Positions 1 through 6,906 of a stretch of DNA of 42,890 nucleotides are shown piece by piece. The notes under the pieces were generated by a model. The model was given only the letters and a program-made list of their open reading frames with translations, did no database searches and had not been told where the DNA came from. The translations under genes and the position numbers were made by a program. Numbering within the stretch: position 1 is the stretch's first letter; every line of letters starts with the position of its first letter. Source of the stretch: a virus (taxonomy: Duplodnaviria; Caudoviricetes); the IMG/VR virus record IMGVR_UViG_3300002092_000078, positions 1 through 42,890 of that record. One strand, given 5' to 3'.

Positions 1-120
1 GCCAACGGTAAGGCTGATGCCCTCAGGAATCGTAGTCACCGACCTCAGGTAAAGGTCGCCGCCAACGGTAAGGCTGATGCCCTCAGGAATCGTAGTCACC
101 GCACTCAGGTAAAGGTCGCC
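1..120. repeat. Two 60-bp tandem coding repeat units
   Basis: nt 1-60 and 61-120 are identical except gacctc vs gcactc. Confidence 0.97.
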
Positions 121-192
121 TTCTATTTTATCGGCGCCTGCAAATTGACCTTCTGTAAGGCCTGTCTTTTTGAGGAATGTTTCCTTTTTCAT
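1..192 (-). CDS. 5' part of tandem-repeat (LRR-like 20-aa repeat) protein; continues at the window end
   Basis: Manual translation from ATG 192: MKKETFLKKTGLTEGQFAGADKIEGDLYLSAVTTIPEGISLTVGGDLYLRSVTTIPEGISLTVG, open to nt 1 and in frame with 42877 onward. Confidence 0.85.
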   Translation of the reverse strand, partial: MKKETFLKKTGLTEGQFAGADKIEGDLYLSAVTTIPEGISLTVGGDLYLRSVTTIPEGISLTVG

Positions 193-215
193 TCTGTAGT
201 ATTTTTATCGGTTGA

Positions 216-671
216 TTAATTGTGCATTTCTTTATATACCCCTATCGCGCTTTCAAATAGCTTGGCCGTATCAAGGTGTTCAGAGGCAAGCGATGTGAAG
301 ATTTGATTAGTAACAGATCCGGGAATATGTTTTCCCGCTATGCCTACGCAATGATCCCTACGCGCCAATGCTGATTTCTTTTGCTCTTGCAGATATATTT
401 CGTAGGGGTTCTGCCTTGGCTGGTGTCCTGCCGGGTGGAAGTCTTCAGGATTATCGAGATCCAATATTGAGCCGCATAGCGTCTCGGGGCATTCAAGATG
501 ACAACAAGCGGACTTTGAATGATGATTCAGTATTTTGATCGTGTCCGATTCAACCTTTACCTGATACCACTCATTCTCTTGGAGTGATAACTCAGGGTTT
601 TTATTAATGCTAACTGGTAAGTACCTGTACCACTTTCCGGTGATGGCTGTAGCAATAGTTTCTTTGTTCAT
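216..671 (-). CDS. Hypothetical protein
   Basis: 151-aa ORF in the early operon; no recognised motif. Confidence 0.7.
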   Translation of the reverse strand: MNKETIATAITGKWYRYLPVSINKNPELSLQENEWYQVKVESDTIKILNHHSKSACCHLECPETLCGSILDLDNPEDFHPAGHQPRQNPYEIYLQEQKKSALARRDHCVGIAGKHIPGSVTNQIFTSLASEHLDTAKLFESAIGVYKEMHN

Positions 672-697
672 TGTATGATGTATGAGGAAGTGAATAA

Positions 698-1087
698 TTA
701 AGCGGCTTCGCTACGAACTGCTGTACCAGTTGATAGCATGTGATTGATTAAGTCCGTAACCATATCCCTTTTCGGCGCTATTGGCGTAGCTGTTATGGCT
801 GCTGTATGCTCGTCTATCAGATCAACCATGATAACTAATTGCCGACGGTAGTCTTCGTACGATTGCAGGTGTTTTCTTTCTGCCTTCATTGCAGCAAGAC
901 ATAATTCCTCATACCTCAGCTTGTCAAATAATATCGGCCTGTCTATTTCCGACTGCTTGTATTCAGCCAGCGCCAGTAGTGCCTGGTTCTCTTCGGCCTT
1001 TGTTGCACTTATGGTCAGTAACAGATCGTGAAGGCAATCGCCGCGCTTCACTTGCTCTTTCATAAATTCTGTTGTAGATTTGCTCAC
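698..1087 (-). CDS. Hypothetical helical protein
   Basis: 129-aa ORF, GTG start after an A-rich leader, co-oriented with neighbours. Confidence 0.7.
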   Translation of the reverse strand: MSKSTTEFMKEQVKRGDCLHDLLLTISATKAEENQALLALAEYKQSEIDRPILFDKLRYEELCLAAMKAERKHLQSYEDYRRQLVIMVDLIDEHTAAITATPIAPKRDMVTDLINHMLSTGTAVRSEAA

Positions 1088-1114
1088 TGTTTTTCTATTT
1101 AGTTAGTTAACACT

Positions 1115-1140
1115 TGCCCTGTTCGTAGCAGGGCATTTTT
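1115..1140 (+). terminator. Intrinsic terminator-like hairpin, antisense to the early operon
   Basis: TGCCCTG-ttcgtag-CAGGGCA-TTTTT. Confidence 0.6.
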
Positions 1141-1142
1141 AT

Positions 1143-1274
1143 TTAAAGTCCTTGTAGTAGCTTAAACACCAGCCATACCGTAGTTACTATCGCGAACACC
1201 ACTAAGGCTACATCTGCTATCTTTCCTACCATATAGGCCGTGTGCTGGTCCGTCTTGATCTCTATCTGTACCAT
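1143..1274 (-). CDS. Small single-TM protein (43 aa)
   Basis: Manual translation MVQIEIKTDQHTAYMVGKIADVALVVFAIVTTVWLVFKLLQGL; overlaps the upstream ORF end. Confidence 0.6.
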   Translation of the reverse strand: MVQIEIKTDQHTAYMVGKIADVALVVFAIVTTVWLVFKLLQGL

Positions 1275-1402
1275 GGCCGGTAATTGTTAAAGTGTTGCTT
1301 CTTGTTAGCATTCACCTCTTCGGAGATCATCCTTTGTGTGCTGGTGAGTGCCGCTATTAAGTTGGCTTCCTGAGTTCGTAGCTCTGTAAGTCTGTTACTC
1401 AT
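1262..1402 (-). CDS. Small hypothetical protein (46 aa)
   Basis: Manual translation MSNRLTELRTQEANLIAALTSTQRMISEEVNANKKQHFNNYRPWYR; starts 3 nt after the Cro-like stop. Confidence 0.6.
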   Translation of the reverse strand: MSNRLTELRTQEANLIAALTSTQRMISEEVNANKKQHFNNYRPWYR

Positions 1403-1405
1403 GGC

Positions 1406-1633
1406 TTAGGCTGCTATTGGTTGGATAACTGCTTTTATCTTGGTGATGGTGTCGGTCTTCGCGGTGCCGCTGGAAAGAATGCGACTGAGACTATTGCGAC
1501 TTATCGTGAGCTTTTCCGCTGCAACTTCCATAGAAGGAAAATCAGCAATGAAGATGCGTAAGCTCTTCATGAGAGATGAACCCAAACGCTCACTTTTGTG
1601 CTTTCGTGGAATGTTAGTATTTTGTGTTGGCAT
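1406..1633 (-). CDS. Cro-like HTH regulator
   Basis: SMEVAAEKLTISRNSLSRILS HTH pattern; first gene of the leftward early operon. Confidence 0.75.
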   Translation of the reverse strand: MPTQNTNIPRKHKSERLGSSLMKSLRIFIADFPSMEVAAEKLTISRNSLSRILSSGTAKTDTITKIKAVIQPIAA

Positions 1634-1665
1634 TTGTATGTTGTTTTGCGTTGACAGTGTAAAAA

Positions 1666-1742
1666 TGGTGATTGTTCACCAACTCACCAAATAATATTGG
1701 TGTGTTTTTTACATATTTTTTAATAGAATGTATATAGTGGTG
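1666..1742. promoter_or_regulatory. Putative operator cluster of the genetic switch
   Basis: Palindromes TGGTGA-ttgt-TCACCA (1666-1681) and CACCAA-ataata-TTGGTG (1685-1702), plus a TGGTG half-site at 1738, between divergent genes. Confidence 0.55.
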
Positions 1743-1759
1743 AAAAAGAGATTACTTAC

Positions 1760-1939
1760 ATGAAAATAGATTTATTGCGGTTCCATCATAATGACACCAA
1801 ACTGCACGATCACAAGTATGACACGCGCTTTAGGAAAGAGAATAAAGTACTTGCAGCTGAATTATCGGAAAAAGGAATAGAATTTGACATTGATTTTAAC
1901 CCAAACAGCAGCATAATGACGAACAAAGGCAAGCTCTGA
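1760..1939 (+). CDS. Hypothetical protein (59 aa)
   Basis: Manual translation MKIDLLRFHHNDTKLHDHKYDTRFRKENKVLAAELSEKGIEFDIDFNPNSSIMTNKGKL; divergent from the Cro-like gene. Confidence 0.45.
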   Translation: MKIDLLRFHHNDTKLHDHKYDTRFRKENKVLAAELSEKGIEFDIDFNPNSSIMTNKGKL

Positions 1940-2038
1940 GGGGTTTTCACAAGCCATCAATACATAGCCATTGAAAAGCATGTAATCAAGCAGTTCTTTG
2001 CTGTTCTCTATTTCGTGTAGTAGGGCTTCGAGCTCCAT
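1862..2038 (-). CDS. Hypothetical protein (58 aa)
   Basis: MELEALLHEIENSKELLDY... from ATG 2038 with an AT-rich leader; overlaps 1760-1939 convergently. Confidence 0.4.
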   Translation of the reverse strand: MELEALLHEIENSKELLDYMLFNGYVLMACENPSELAFVRHYAAVWVKINVKFYSFFR

Positions 2039-2078
2039 ATATAAATAAGTTTTACCAAAATTATGAAAATAATTAATC

Positions 2079-2309
2079 ATGACTACAATAAATGAAGACT
2101 TGGCCATTGCCAACAATGCGCTCTTGCAAATTATACTTGACCGGGTAGAACAGACCGAAGCATTACTTCTGGCAGTGGCTGCTGAAGTAGCACAACCTCG
2201 CACGATAATGCATAGACTATGGTCTGAAAGAGCAATAGAATACGAGCGAGCTGACAGAAAGCGCATGCGGGAATTATTCAACCAGCTAAAGAGTAGCCAT
2301 GTCGGTTAA
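2079..2309 (+). CDS. Hypothetical helical protein
   Basis: 76-aa ORF, AT-rich leader, overlaps the next gene. Confidence 0.65.
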   Translation: MTTINEDLAIANNALLQIILDRVEQTEALLLAVAAEVAQPRTIMHRLWSERAIEYERADRKRMRELFNQLKSSHVG

Positions 2310-2559
2310 GCTGGAAATAACAGTAGAGCGCATGCTGCATATCATGCATTATGTGATAGAGCACCGCCTTTGCGATATAGATACTGAAGCGGCCTTTGCT
2401 GAGTCGATAGGCAGTATTCGCCAGTCGCTGACCAGCATAAAGGCGGGAAAGCAGCGTTTTACGATCGACAATATACTTGCCTGCTGTCAGAAATATGGCA
2501 AAGACTACCGAATCACTTCGCCTGAAATGGCAGAAACTCAGGAAATTACCCGAAATTAA
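2299..2559 (+). CDS. XRE-type HTH regulator, probably with a non-native C-terminus
   Basis: TEAAFAESIGSIRQSLTSIKAGKQRFTIDNILACCQKYG HTH pattern; residues after KYG are an out-of-frame read of integrase DNA. Confidence 0.7.
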   Translation: MSVKLEITVERMLHIMHYVIEHRLCDIDTEAAFAESIGSIRQSLTSIKAGKQRFTIDNILACCQKYGKDYRITSPEMAETQEITRN

Positions 2560-2740
2560 TATGAAGTTTGGCCTGTACGCACTAAAGCATTTGAATACTA
2601 CAGAGACGGCCCGGATATTGGGCGTCAAAGCTGCAGCCATTCAAAACGCCGAAAGCGAAGACATGATCAGGCGACATTATGATGTAGAACACGATGCCCG
2701 GATAAATGCAGAAGTTAAGAAAATCAACAATCCTTTGTAA
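2495..2740 (+). pseudogene. int: C-terminal remnant of tyrosine integrase
   Basis: ...LRLKWQKLRK...LYALKHLNTTE...AAAIQNAESEDMIRRHYD...: box II-like Y-x-L-K-H and terminal catalytic Tyr; no N-terminal part anywhere in the window. Confidence 0.7.
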
Positions 2741-2766
2741 TAAAATAAGCACCACATCTGTTATGC

Positions 2767-2949
2767 TTATAACCCATTAAGAATATCCTGTATTATCTCT
2801 CTTAGCTTCGCTTTGGCTTGCTTAATATCTTCTATGCCTGTTTTACGCTGTATATCTTGAGGTGTAAGGTATACACCTATGTATTCTTTTCTTTGGCCGG
2901 TCTTTGTCCGTCCTAATGGGTTATTGCTCGGTGATCCTTTTTTAGGCAT
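2767..2949 (-). CDS. Small basic putative DNA-binding protein (RHH-like)
   Basis: GRTKTG followed by a beta-strand (YIGVYLT) and two helices. Confidence 0.55.
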   Translation of the reverse strand: MPKKGSPSNNPLGRTKTGQRKEYIGVYLTPQDIQRKTGIEDIKQAKAKLREIIQDILNGL

Positions 2950-2953
2950 GATA

Positions 2954-3166
2954 TTATATTACGGCTGTTTCAAATTTTGTTTTTCCGGTTTCGTTACAAA
3001 CGATGCTAACTGTACCACCCTTATAGTCGGCAAAGTAGCTATGATTGGTGCCATTGTGCATATTAATGTAGTTTTGGCAATATTCTACGCTTTCTTTAAA
3101 TCCCTTGCTATTGCTGTTTTCTTCATTGTTGAAAACAATATCGAATGTGCTGATTGTCTGTAACAT
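2954..3166 (-). CDS. Small protein of Bacteroidota mobile elements, function unknown
   Basis: FDIVFNN..NSNSKGFKES.EYC.NYI..HNGTNHSYFADYKGG.VS.VCNETG pattern recalled from Bacteroidota phage proteins. Confidence 0.7.
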   Translation of the reverse strand: MLQTISTFDIVFNNEENSNSKGFKESVEYCQNYINMHNGTNHSYFADYKGGTVSIVCNETGKTKFETAVI

Positions 3167-3239
3167 GTTATATATATTTTTAGGTTGAAGATACTATATT
3201 GATAGTTAATTGTGCGTTACAGTCGCACCCCTGATTGTT

Positions 3240-3470
3240 TTATGCTGCGTTTACAAAGCCGATCAACTTGCTTACGTCTTGTATTCCTAAGTGTTCAGCA
3301 ACCGTGAATGTGCCTATAACTGATATTCCAATTTCTTCTTTAATTGCGAAAGCTACACCCATCTTGCAAGCTGACTTGTAAAGGTCTGCTGTAATATCTG
3401 ACCATGAATTTAAGATCATTGTCTTTTCGCCTGCGTATTTCTTAACGGTGTAATTTTTAGTAGTGCTCAT
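3240..3470 (-). CDS. Hypothetical protein
   Basis: 76-aa ORF directly after a consensus promoter. Confidence 0.7.
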   Translation of the reverse strand: MSTTKNYTVKKYAGEKTMILNSWSDITADLYKSACKMGVAFAIKEEIGISVIGTFTVAEHLGIQDVSKLIGFVNAA

Positions 3471-3490
3471 ATCTCTTTCGTTTTGTTACA

Positions 3491-3520
3491 CAAAGATAGA
3501 TAATTATTTTGATAAACAAA
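3491..3520 (-). promoter_or_regulatory. Bacteroidota primary-sigma promoter
   Basis: TTTG-N18-TATCTTTG, 20 nt upstream of ATG 3470. Confidence 0.75.
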
Positions 3521-3592
3521 ACAATAATCTAAAATAATTTACAACATCTGCTAAAACACGCTACCAGCAAGGAAAGAAATTTTAACGGGCAC

Positions 3593-3620
3593 AAAAAAGC
3601 CGGACTAAGAATAGCCCGGC
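3593..3620 (-). terminator. Intrinsic terminator ending the late/lysis operon
   Basis: GCCGGGCTA-ttct-TAGTCCGGC-TTTTTT. Confidence 0.85.
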
Positions 3621-3643
3621 CACTAACTCACCATCATGAAAAA

Positions 3644-3871
3644 CTATTTTACAGCCCTCGTTACCCAACCTTTAAGAAACTTACTCTGAGATGGGTTCTT
3701 CTGGCATATTTTCAAATATCGCTTTACTTTCTCTACTCTCATATTTTGCATGTAAAGCTTATGCTGAAGCGTGTCACACTTCAGCCGGTAATACCTGCAA
3801 CTATCTATTTTTTGCGCTTGCACCCCAGTACTTACCACTGCCAGGGCAACTACTAACAATATCTTTTTCAT
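3644..3871 (-). CDS. Secreted protein with PG_binding_3-like C-terminus
   Basis: Sec signal MKKILLVVALAVVSTGVQA; C-terminus VKRYLKICQKNPSQSKFLKGWVTRA; ATGA-coupled to the endolysin. Confidence 0.7.
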   Translation of the reverse strand: MKKILLVVALAVVSTGVQAQKIDSCRYYRLKCDTLQHKLYMQNMRVEKVKRYLKICQKNPSQSKFLKGWVTRAVK

Positions 3872-4302
3872 ATCGTATTTACCTCGTTAAACTTGTTTAT
3901 GAATTCTTCATCAGCATGTGTACGCTCATCTATTTCTAATGCCCTGCACGATAGCCTGATACCTGTTGGCAGGCCATTCAATACGCATGTATCAAACAGA
4001 TCCTTTGCGGCATCAATATTTTCCAGCCTGTCACCGCCCAGGTGATTGTAGAACTCAGAGCGGTAAAAGTTGATAACCATGCCACGTAACCCCGGTATGT
4101 CCGATTCTGTAAACACATATCCACGATTCGGCTCACCATGTTTGGCAATCCACGCTTTTATCAGCGCCCAGCCAGCCCAGCCCGGGTAAAACACAGTTGT
4201 TACACCCATATAGGTCATGCCGCCGTTATCTCCGAAAACATTTGCATACCCTTTTTCATTTGCAAGCGTATCGGGTACTATGAATTGTTCAAACCTATCC
4301 AT
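3868..4302 (-). CDS. Endolysin, glycoside hydrolase family 108 catalytic domain only
   Basis: NEKGYANVFGDNGGMTYMGVT (EGGY..D.GG.T..GIT motif) and LFDTCVLNG; 144 aa. Confidence 0.85.
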   Translation of the reverse strand: MDRFEQFIVPDTLANEKGYANVFGDNGGMTYMGVTTVFYPGWAGWALIKAWIAKHGEPNRGYVFTESDIPGLRGMVINFYRSEFYNHLGGDRLENIDAAKDLFDTCVLNGLPTGIRLSCRALEIDERTHADEEFINKFNEVNTI

Positions 4303-4304
4303 AT

Positions 4305-4982
4305 CTAAAATATTCTATAAATTAAACCGCCGCCAAACACCGGCTGTAATGTTGTATTCACTCCGACGAACAAGCCGAGTCCTAACCGACGCTCTTTTAT
4401 CTTTACCCGGTAAGTAGTAGATCCGGTTATCTTTACGGACGGGTTATCGCTCGAAATGTCATTGTAATGATACACTCCGCCCCATTTACCTAACCATTTA
4501 TATTTTGGCTCCCAGTATGGCAGCATATCAATAGTGGCATACATTGTATCGTGAAGTTTGTACCTGCCGAGGCTATCTATAAAAGCGGAAAAATTCCAGT
4601 ACTCTGAATGGTGTTCAAAGGTCTGTGAACCTGTAGCGCTATCTCTATGTACTATGCCGGTTGCCGCCTGCGTTGTCACCTCTGCTAATTTAGTGTAGCC
4701 TTCAGCCTGCTTTGGTTTGATACCGCGCACACGGGCCAGCTCAGCGATACTATCCTGAAACTGGATCTGCTCCGCTTTCGTTGATAAGATATGTTGCTGA
4801 AATAGCGCATGCTCACGACCTAAGGAATCTTTCCAGTATTTCGCGCTATCCATCTTATTCAGATTGATATTTTGCGCTGGTGGCACATGCCGCTTGCCAC
4901 AACTCAGGAACGAAGGGCTTAGCACACAACCTAACAGGAATGCGGCCAATAGTAGGAGTGCTATTGTGGCTATCCGGCTCAT
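4305..4982 (-). CDS. Putative spanin-like lysis protein
   Basis: N-terminal hydrophobic segment with lipobox-like LLGC, coiled region, C-terminal amphipathic beta-hairpin LGLGLFVGV...VFGGGLIYRIF; next to the endolysin. Confidence 0.55.
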   Translation of the reverse strand: MSRIATIALLLLAAFLLGCVLSPSFLSCGKRHVPPAQNINLNKMDSAKYWKDSLGREHALFQQHILSTKAEQIQFQDSIAELARVRGIKPKQAEGYTKLAEVTTQAATGIVHRDSATGSQTFEHHSEYWNFSAFIDSLGRYKLHDTMYATIDMLPYWEPKYKWLGKWGGVYHYNDISSDNPSVKITGSTTYRVKIKERRLGLGLFVGVNTTLQPVFGGGLIYRIF

Positions 4983-5290
4983 GCTGGTACAATTATGGAA
5001 TACAGATAATCGATCAGAGCTTGTGTATCTCCGAATCTTCTGATACGACCGCTGCCTATTTCGGCATATTCTATTGTATGCACATCGACATTATTCCAGG
5101 TAAGCGAATTGTTTATAAACAGGCTTACAAGAGAGGTATACTGCTCCGTTGGCGTTTCCTCTATTATCACCACTTCTTTAGATGCTGATAGACGAAGTGT
5201 GTTGTTATGCACCAGCGTTTCGTCTATCCACAAATGCGTTGTAGATATTGGCGTTTCAGGTGTTGACGATATAAATGGAGAAATGCGCAT
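4979..5290 (-). CDS. Hypothetical protein in lysis region
   Basis: 103 aa, ATGA-coupled to the downstream gene. Confidence 0.65.
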   Translation of the reverse strand: MRISPFISSTPETPISTTHLWIDETLVHNNTLRLSASKEVVIIEETPTEQYTSLVSLFINNSLTWNNVDVHTIEYAEIGSGRIRRFGDTQALIDYLYSIIVPA

Positions 5291-5292
5291 AG

Positions 5293-5691
5293 CTATAAAT
5301 TTTCTTTTGGTTGTTCAATAGGTTCATTCTCTGGTATTGGCACCGCCGACTTATCGCCCTTCCACGCTTGAATAACACTTTGTATTTTCTCAAGAGAAGT
5401 AATGCCCAGGCAAAGACTTACGAAAATGGCATCAACGGTGTGAAAGAACTTAGCCACATCGACGAAATACCCGAGGATTGTCACAAATCTATCTGCACCG
5501 CTTTGTGGCGCTGCCTGAAGCGCCTTAAACAGCAGACAGGCGAATACTGCATCTGTGAACAATTCAGACACTACAAGCAATGTAGCAATGCCCCACGCCA
5601 TGTTACGTTTGATGCTTACTTCACCAGTAGCTTTGTCGCTATTCATGCTGGTGAAGTAATCCCATATGCGTTTAAGTGCGGTCTTTAACAT
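5293..5691 (-). CDS. Holin-like membrane protein
   Basis: Two hydrophobic segments after VSIKR; lysis region. Confidence 0.55.
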   Translation of the reverse strand: MLKTALKRIWDYFTSMNSDKATGEVSIKRNMAWGIATLLVVSELFTDAVFACLLFKALQAAPQSGADRFVTILGYFVDVAKFFHTVDAIFVSLCLGITSLEKIQSVIQAWKGDKSAVPIPENEPIEQPKENL

Positions 5692-5911
5692 TTTCTCTTT
5701 TCAGCTTTTTGATGCTCAATAACTTTTCGTAAATAGTCAGACCTCCCACTATTAATGTGATACCGAATGAAAGAAGCGTTACTGTAAGTGACAAAGCACT
5801 CCCATTGACAGAATGCGCTACCGCGCCTGCAGCAGTTAGTAATGTGCAACTGGCACTAAGGAAAAAACCCATTTGGCTATGGCCGCCGTCAATATTCATT
5901 TGCTCTATCAC
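5672..5911 (-). CDS. Putative holin (2 TM, basic C-terminus)
   Basis: 79 aa, two hydrophobic helices, KKLKRENVKDR tail. Confidence 0.6.
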   Translation of the reverse strand: MIEQMNIDGGHSQMGFFLSASCTLLTAAGAVAHSVNGSALSLTVTLLSFGITLIVGGLTIYEKLLSIKKLKRENVKDRT

Positions 5912-5939
5912 TTGCAGTTCTTTTAATGCTATTATTCAA

Positions 5940-6626
5940 TTAGTGACCAGTCCACCCGGTATTACCAGTACCGGAAGTTTTAATGTACAATACGGTCAAT
6001 GTGGTACTACCATCGGTACGGATGTATATAGACCCTACAGGTGCCGTAATCGTGCCCTCTGGTGTGCCGGTTCCCGTCCTGAACGGGGTGCTATTCAGCG
6101 TGAAGGCTGTCGACGAAAGTGTAGTGGCTACTGTAGACCCTGATAGCGTTACCGTACCCGCAAACGATACAGCCGTATCGAAGGTTACTACTTTGTTGGT
6201 ATCCAGTCGCATCAACCGTTTGCCGCGTATCTTATACTCTTGGGCCTTGTGGCTATTTATCGACCAGGCAGAGAGCGTATCGATAACACGGAAGTAATTA
6301 CCATTGCTGGTATCTCTGAGTGCCAGCTCTCCGCTTTTATTACTGCCGATGCCCATATATGCCACTGTCTTATTAGTGCCAGGGTAAACAAGGGAATAGC
6401 CACCAGTGCGACTGTATAGCATGAACGGCGTGAAGTACTTCCAGTTGGCCGTATCTGCCTTTTCCATAGCATGCGTGGTATTGTTCCATACCAATGGGGT
6501 AAAAGCATACGTAGTATGCGTACTCAGGTTGTCATAATATGGAGTGGTAAGGATATGCTGTTGAGCAAATGCGGAAACTCCGAAGATCGTGGCACAAAGG
6601 GCCAAAAGGAAAATTAACTTTTTCAT
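5940..6626 (-). CDS. Signal-peptide protein with tail-fibre-like C-terminus
   Basis: MKKLIFLLALCATIFGVSAFA signal; Thr-rich; ends GTGTPEGTITAPVGSIYIRTDG...LYIKTSGTGNTGW. Confidence 0.65.
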   Translation of the reverse strand: MKKLIFLLALCATIFGVSAFAQQHILTTPYYDNLSTHTTYAFTPLVWNNTTHAMEKADTANWKYFTPFMLYSRTGGYSLVYPGTNKTVAYMGIGSNKSGELALRDTSNGNYFRVIDTLSAWSINSHKAQEYKIRGKRLMRLDTNKVVTFDTAVSFAGTVTLSGSTVATTLSSTAFTLNSTPFRTGTGTPEGTITAPVGSIYIRTDGSTTLTVLYIKTSGTGNTGWTGH

Positions 6627-6651
6627 TTTTATATGTTGGTTTTTTAAGTGA

Positions 6652-6906
6652 CTACCATTTCCCCTCGGGGCATCTTTCGTTATCGACTAACGATTTTTGA
6701 TGACAGGGGCATTTACAAATTGTGCAGTAGATAGTATCTATGTGTTCCGCTGAACCGTTGATAAACTCTAATGCCTTACTTTCTTTAGCAAACGGGCAAG
6801 TACTGCATGCTTCCATTCGCGTTTTACTTAATTCCTGCACTGCTGCAGGTGTTTTAATCAGTTCCAGGTGCCGCGCCCAACCCACTACTATATTGCTTAG
6901 CCCCAT
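6652..6906 (-). CDS. Cys-rich putative Zn-binding phage protein
   Basis: RMEACSTCPF...CTICKCPC...CPEGKW. Confidence 0.75.
   Translation of the reverse strand: MGLSNIVVGWARHLELIKTPAAVQELSKTRMEACSTCPFAKESKALEFINGSAEHIDTIYCTICKCPCHQKSLVDNERCPEGKW

Noticed and set aside
1-120. CRISPR array or phage terminal repeat
   Set aside because: Units are contiguous with no spacers, 60 bp long and in frame within a gene; they are coding tandem repeats at an assembly break.
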